Part shown: piece by piece, positions 18,045 through 20,000 of the stretch
How the letters are laid out: the number at the start of each line of letters is the position of its first letter
Numbering within the stretch: the first letter of the stretch is position 1
IMG/VR virus record: IMGVR_UViG_3300027627_000004
DNA length: 20,000 nt
Strand: one strand, 5' to 3'
DNA from: an uncultured virus (IMG/VR IMGVR_UViG_3300027627_000004)
Lineage: Duplodnaviria; Heunggongvirae; Uroviricota; Caudoviricetes
Made by a program: the position numbers and the translations under genes
The notes under the pieces: generated by a model
Database searches by the model: none
Seen by the model: only the letters and a program-made list of their open reading frames with translations
Told to the model about the DNA's origin: nothing

Positions 18045-18224
18045 TTAAATATTTATATTTATTTTAAGTTGTATAAAAATATCATACTGATTATTTAGGT
18101 CATAAAGTATGATATGATCATTTTCTTTTATTGGTAGGATTAAAGTTGTTGGTGCTTCGGGCATAAGACCAAAATCTAGGTATAGATTTTCGACTATTGG
18201 AATTGATATGTTGAAATCGTCCAC
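18045..18224 (-). CDS. Small hypothetical protein (59 aa); not in the ORF track
   Basis: GTG overlaps the TAG of the upstream gene. MDDFNISIPIVENLYLDFGLMPEAPTTLILPIKENDHIILYDLNNQYDIFIQLKININI*. Confidence 0.45.
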   Translation of the reverse strand: MDDFNISIPIVENLYLDFGLMPEAPTTLILPIKENDHIILYDLNNQYDIFIQLKININI

Positions 18225-18514
18225 TACTTGTTCATTTCATTAACGATAACTTTTTTACAAATTTCCCACATTTCATCTTTTCTATCTATTTTTTTTAAAA
18301 TGGCACCTAATCTGTGAGCCATTACACCTATAAGTGTTTTTACTTCGACATCATCGTCGGTTATGTGTTTTATCAAAATACGATCAAACTCATCGGCAAT
18401 ATGCATTGCTTTAACATCTGCCTTACTTGCTGTATTGCGACGATTGAGTGGTAGTTTTATTATGTTATCTTCTTTACTCACATCATTTAATCTAGGGCAG
18501 GTAAGATTAATCAA
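18224..18514 (-). CDS. Hypothetical helical protein
   Basis: 96-codon ORF filling the interval. The true start may be the GTG near 18481. Confidence 0.6.
   Translation of the reverse strand: MINLTCPRLNDVSKEDNIIKLPLNRRNTASKADVKAMHIADEFDRILIKHITDDDVEVKTLIGVMAHRLGAILKKIDRKDEMWEICKKVIVNEMNK
18502..18510 (+). promoter_or_regulatory. Candidate late-promoter motif TAAGATTAA
   Basis: 16 nt upstream of ATG 18527. An inverted TTAATCT lies at 18487-18493. Confidence 0.45.
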
Positions 18515-18526
18515 ACAAGGAGCTAA

Positions 18527-18847
18527 ATGAGATTTTTAGAAAAAATTGTTGCTGAAACACAATCAGAAACTAAACTGATTACAACCGAAGTTTACGGTGA
18601 GGCTTATGTACGCAGCAAAAAAAAGACTAAAGAATTGAGTCATTCGGTTATTATTGAAGTTGTCGGCAACAAAGTCCTAACCAATGTTGAAAAATCGCCT
18701 GCTTTATGTAGAAGCGTAAAAAACATTATGGGAGATATTTCTGTTTGGTCTAAAGATCCACCAACTTGTTTAAGGTGTTTGACCAAATGGGAAAAATTGG
18801 TAAAGGAACACCCAGACTATTTAGCTTGGGATGATTTGCATCACTAG
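18527..18847 (+). CDS. Hypothetical protein with MRFLEKIVA leader and H...C...CxxC putative zinc site
   Basis: AAGGAG RBS, the shared leader, and LSH, ALCR and PTCLRC segments. Confidence 0.75.
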   Translation: MRFLEKIVAETQSETKLITTEVYGEAYVRSKKKTKELSHSVIIEVVGNKVLTNVEKSPALCRSVKNIMGDISVWSKDPPTCLRCLTKWEKLVKEHPDYLAWDDLHH

Positions 18848-18855
18848 GAGTATGT

Positions 18856-18987
18856 ATGCGCTTTTTGAAAAAAGTTTTAGCCAAAGTTCCAGTAAAAGAA
18901 ATGCCTTACCCTGATTTAATTAGAGAACATGAAAAATTAGTACAGGATTTAGAGGAAATATTCAGAAAAAGGTCACGAAGCCTCTGA
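18856..18987 (+). CDS. Small protein (43 aa) with MRFLKKVLA leader, possibly 3'-truncated; not in the ORF track
   Basis: AGGAG 18846-18850, ATG 18856, MRFLKKVLAKVPVKEMPYPDLIREHEKLVQDLEEIFRKRSRSL*. Confidence 0.7.
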   Translation: MRFLKKVLAKVPVKEMPYPDLIREHEKLVQDLEEIFRKRSRSL

Positions 18988-19237
18988 GTGGTTTGCAGAC
19001 GAAAACTTTGCTACACACATGCTATCTAAAAATAGTGTAAAAAACGTACAGCTAATTAACAGGCTTGATGGTCAAAATGGAAGACGAATAGACAGGATCA
19101 CTAATGATAAATGGGCAAATAATTATGATTATTCAAGAATAAAAGAAGGGTATTACTACGATTGCCACAGCATACGACCTTATGATAAGTATAAAGTCGA
19201 GATAGACCAAATAATAAATACTTTTTTAGAGGGTTAG
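18953..19237 (+). pseudogene. C-terminal fragment of a putative glycosyltransferase-like protein
   Basis: The frame is open from 18953 (RKYSEKGHEASEWFADE...), and ATG 19019 has no RBS. WxxDE...RIDR..W...YYDCHSIRPY..Y..EI resembles the tails of viral glycosyltransferase-like proteins (recalled). Confidence 0.4.
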
Positions 19238-19285
19238 CGTCTGCGATGTTTAAAAGAAAATATAAAGAGGAATATGAGGCATTGA

Positions 19286-19951
19286 GTGATTAAAAAATTA
19301 ATTTTTTTAATGTCTCTCATTAGTTGTGGCAAACCGGAAGTAATACCTACACCACCTGTAGAGATTCCAGTTGAACCAGTGCCACAACCAGTCCCAGTGC
19401 CTTCTCCTGTACCTGTACCTGTACCTGTACCGCCTATCCCACAAATATTACCTGTGGCTGCTTCACTTGCTATCACGGAGGCATGTGCTGAAGGTCACAA
19501 GGATGTAAATTTAAGTTTAGACGAGTGTATTTTAATATTGAGTGGTGCTTCTCTTAAGGAATCCGGCTGGAATGTAAATAAAGAGTGTCAAGCATGGGGT
19601 AACGAATTAGATCCTGCTTGTGGTCTAACTCAGTCTCGTAAATCGGATGGTGTAGCGGTTGGGCTTACTTGTGATCCTACCCTAAGAAACCCCGAAGGCT
19701 ATAAGTGTAATGCACTGACGGGTATAAAAAACTTGCGATGCAAAGCCGATAATGGTTTAACTTGCGACTTAATTAGTCCTGGTAGATCACTTTATGTAGG
19801 TATTAAAAAACATTTAGGGCAAAATTTATCTGCATTGCCCGAATATCTAAACATTATGCAACAAGTGTATAATAATAAAGATATTCGCCTATCTTTTAGG
19901 ATAAATGAAATAAAGCCTTGGGTTGTGATTCTTTTAGAGGAAAATTTGTAA
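19286..19951 (+). CDS. Putative lipoprotein with Pro-Val linker and lytic-transglycosylase/lysozyme-like domain
   Basis: MIKK, a hydrophobic stretch and lipobox LISC. (PV)n linker. KESGWN...ACGLTQ matches the SLT ES..N...A.GLMQ motif. Cys-rich. Confidence 0.65.
   Translation: MIKKLIFLMSLISCGKPEVIPTPPVEIPVEPVPQPVPVPSPVPVPVPVPPIPQILPVAASLAITEACAEGHKDVNLSLDECILILSGASLKESGWNVNKECQAWGNELDPACGLTQSRKSDGVAVGLTCDPTLRNPEGYKCNALTGIKNLRCKADNGLTCDLISPGRSLYVGIKKHLGQNLSALPEYLNIMQQVYNNKDIRLSFRINEIKPWVVILLEENL
19406..19429 (+). repeat. (CCTGTA)4 coding microsatellite (Pro-Val)
   Basis: Four perfect hexamers within a longer degenerate PV tract. Confidence 0.9.
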
Positions 19952-20000
19952 ATGTGCAAAGAAAAAGATTCATCATCATTTTTTGATGAACTAGCAGTCC
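19952..20000 (+). CDS. Start of a hypothetical protein, 3'-partial
   Basis: ATG immediately after the TAA at 19951, GAGG upstream, frame open to the window end. Confidence 0.4.
   Translation, partial: MCKEKDSSSFFDELAV

Noticed and set aside
1..20000. Stop-codon recoding as seen in some jumbo phages
   Set aside because: Recognisable genes are full length in code 11 and end in TAA, TAG or TGA. No suppressor tRNA is present.

Overview
AT-rich segment that reads as part of a large (jumbo-type) dsDNA phage genome using the standard genetic code. The phage assignment is inferred from gene content, with no database search. 1-7890 (+): a virion/tail module with two paralogous tail-collar-fibre-like genes flanking a 1864-aa fibre/spike. 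All three carry inserted copies of one ~70-aa domain. 7887-20000: an accessory region with an orphan pair resembling IS66 TnpB/TnpA, rfbB, dUTPase, an IS200/IS605 tnpB right-end remnant, tRNA-Ile2(CAT), an internally deleted tRNA-Thr(TGT), a DUF4422-like glycosyltransferase, an in-frame GDP-fucose synthase/fucosyltransferase-like fusion, a Hef-like homing endonuclease with a decayed relative, a prohead-protease-like gene and a lipoprotein with a lytic-transglycosylase-like domain. The most interesting signal: four otherwise unrelated + strand proteins (two missing from the ORF track) share the N-terminal leader M[RK]FL[KEH]K[VI]xA. A (T/C)(A/T)AGATTAA motif precedes two of them, the protease gene and the 7606 gene. 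Together these suggest a capsid-targeting/protease-processing cargo system with a shared late promoter.
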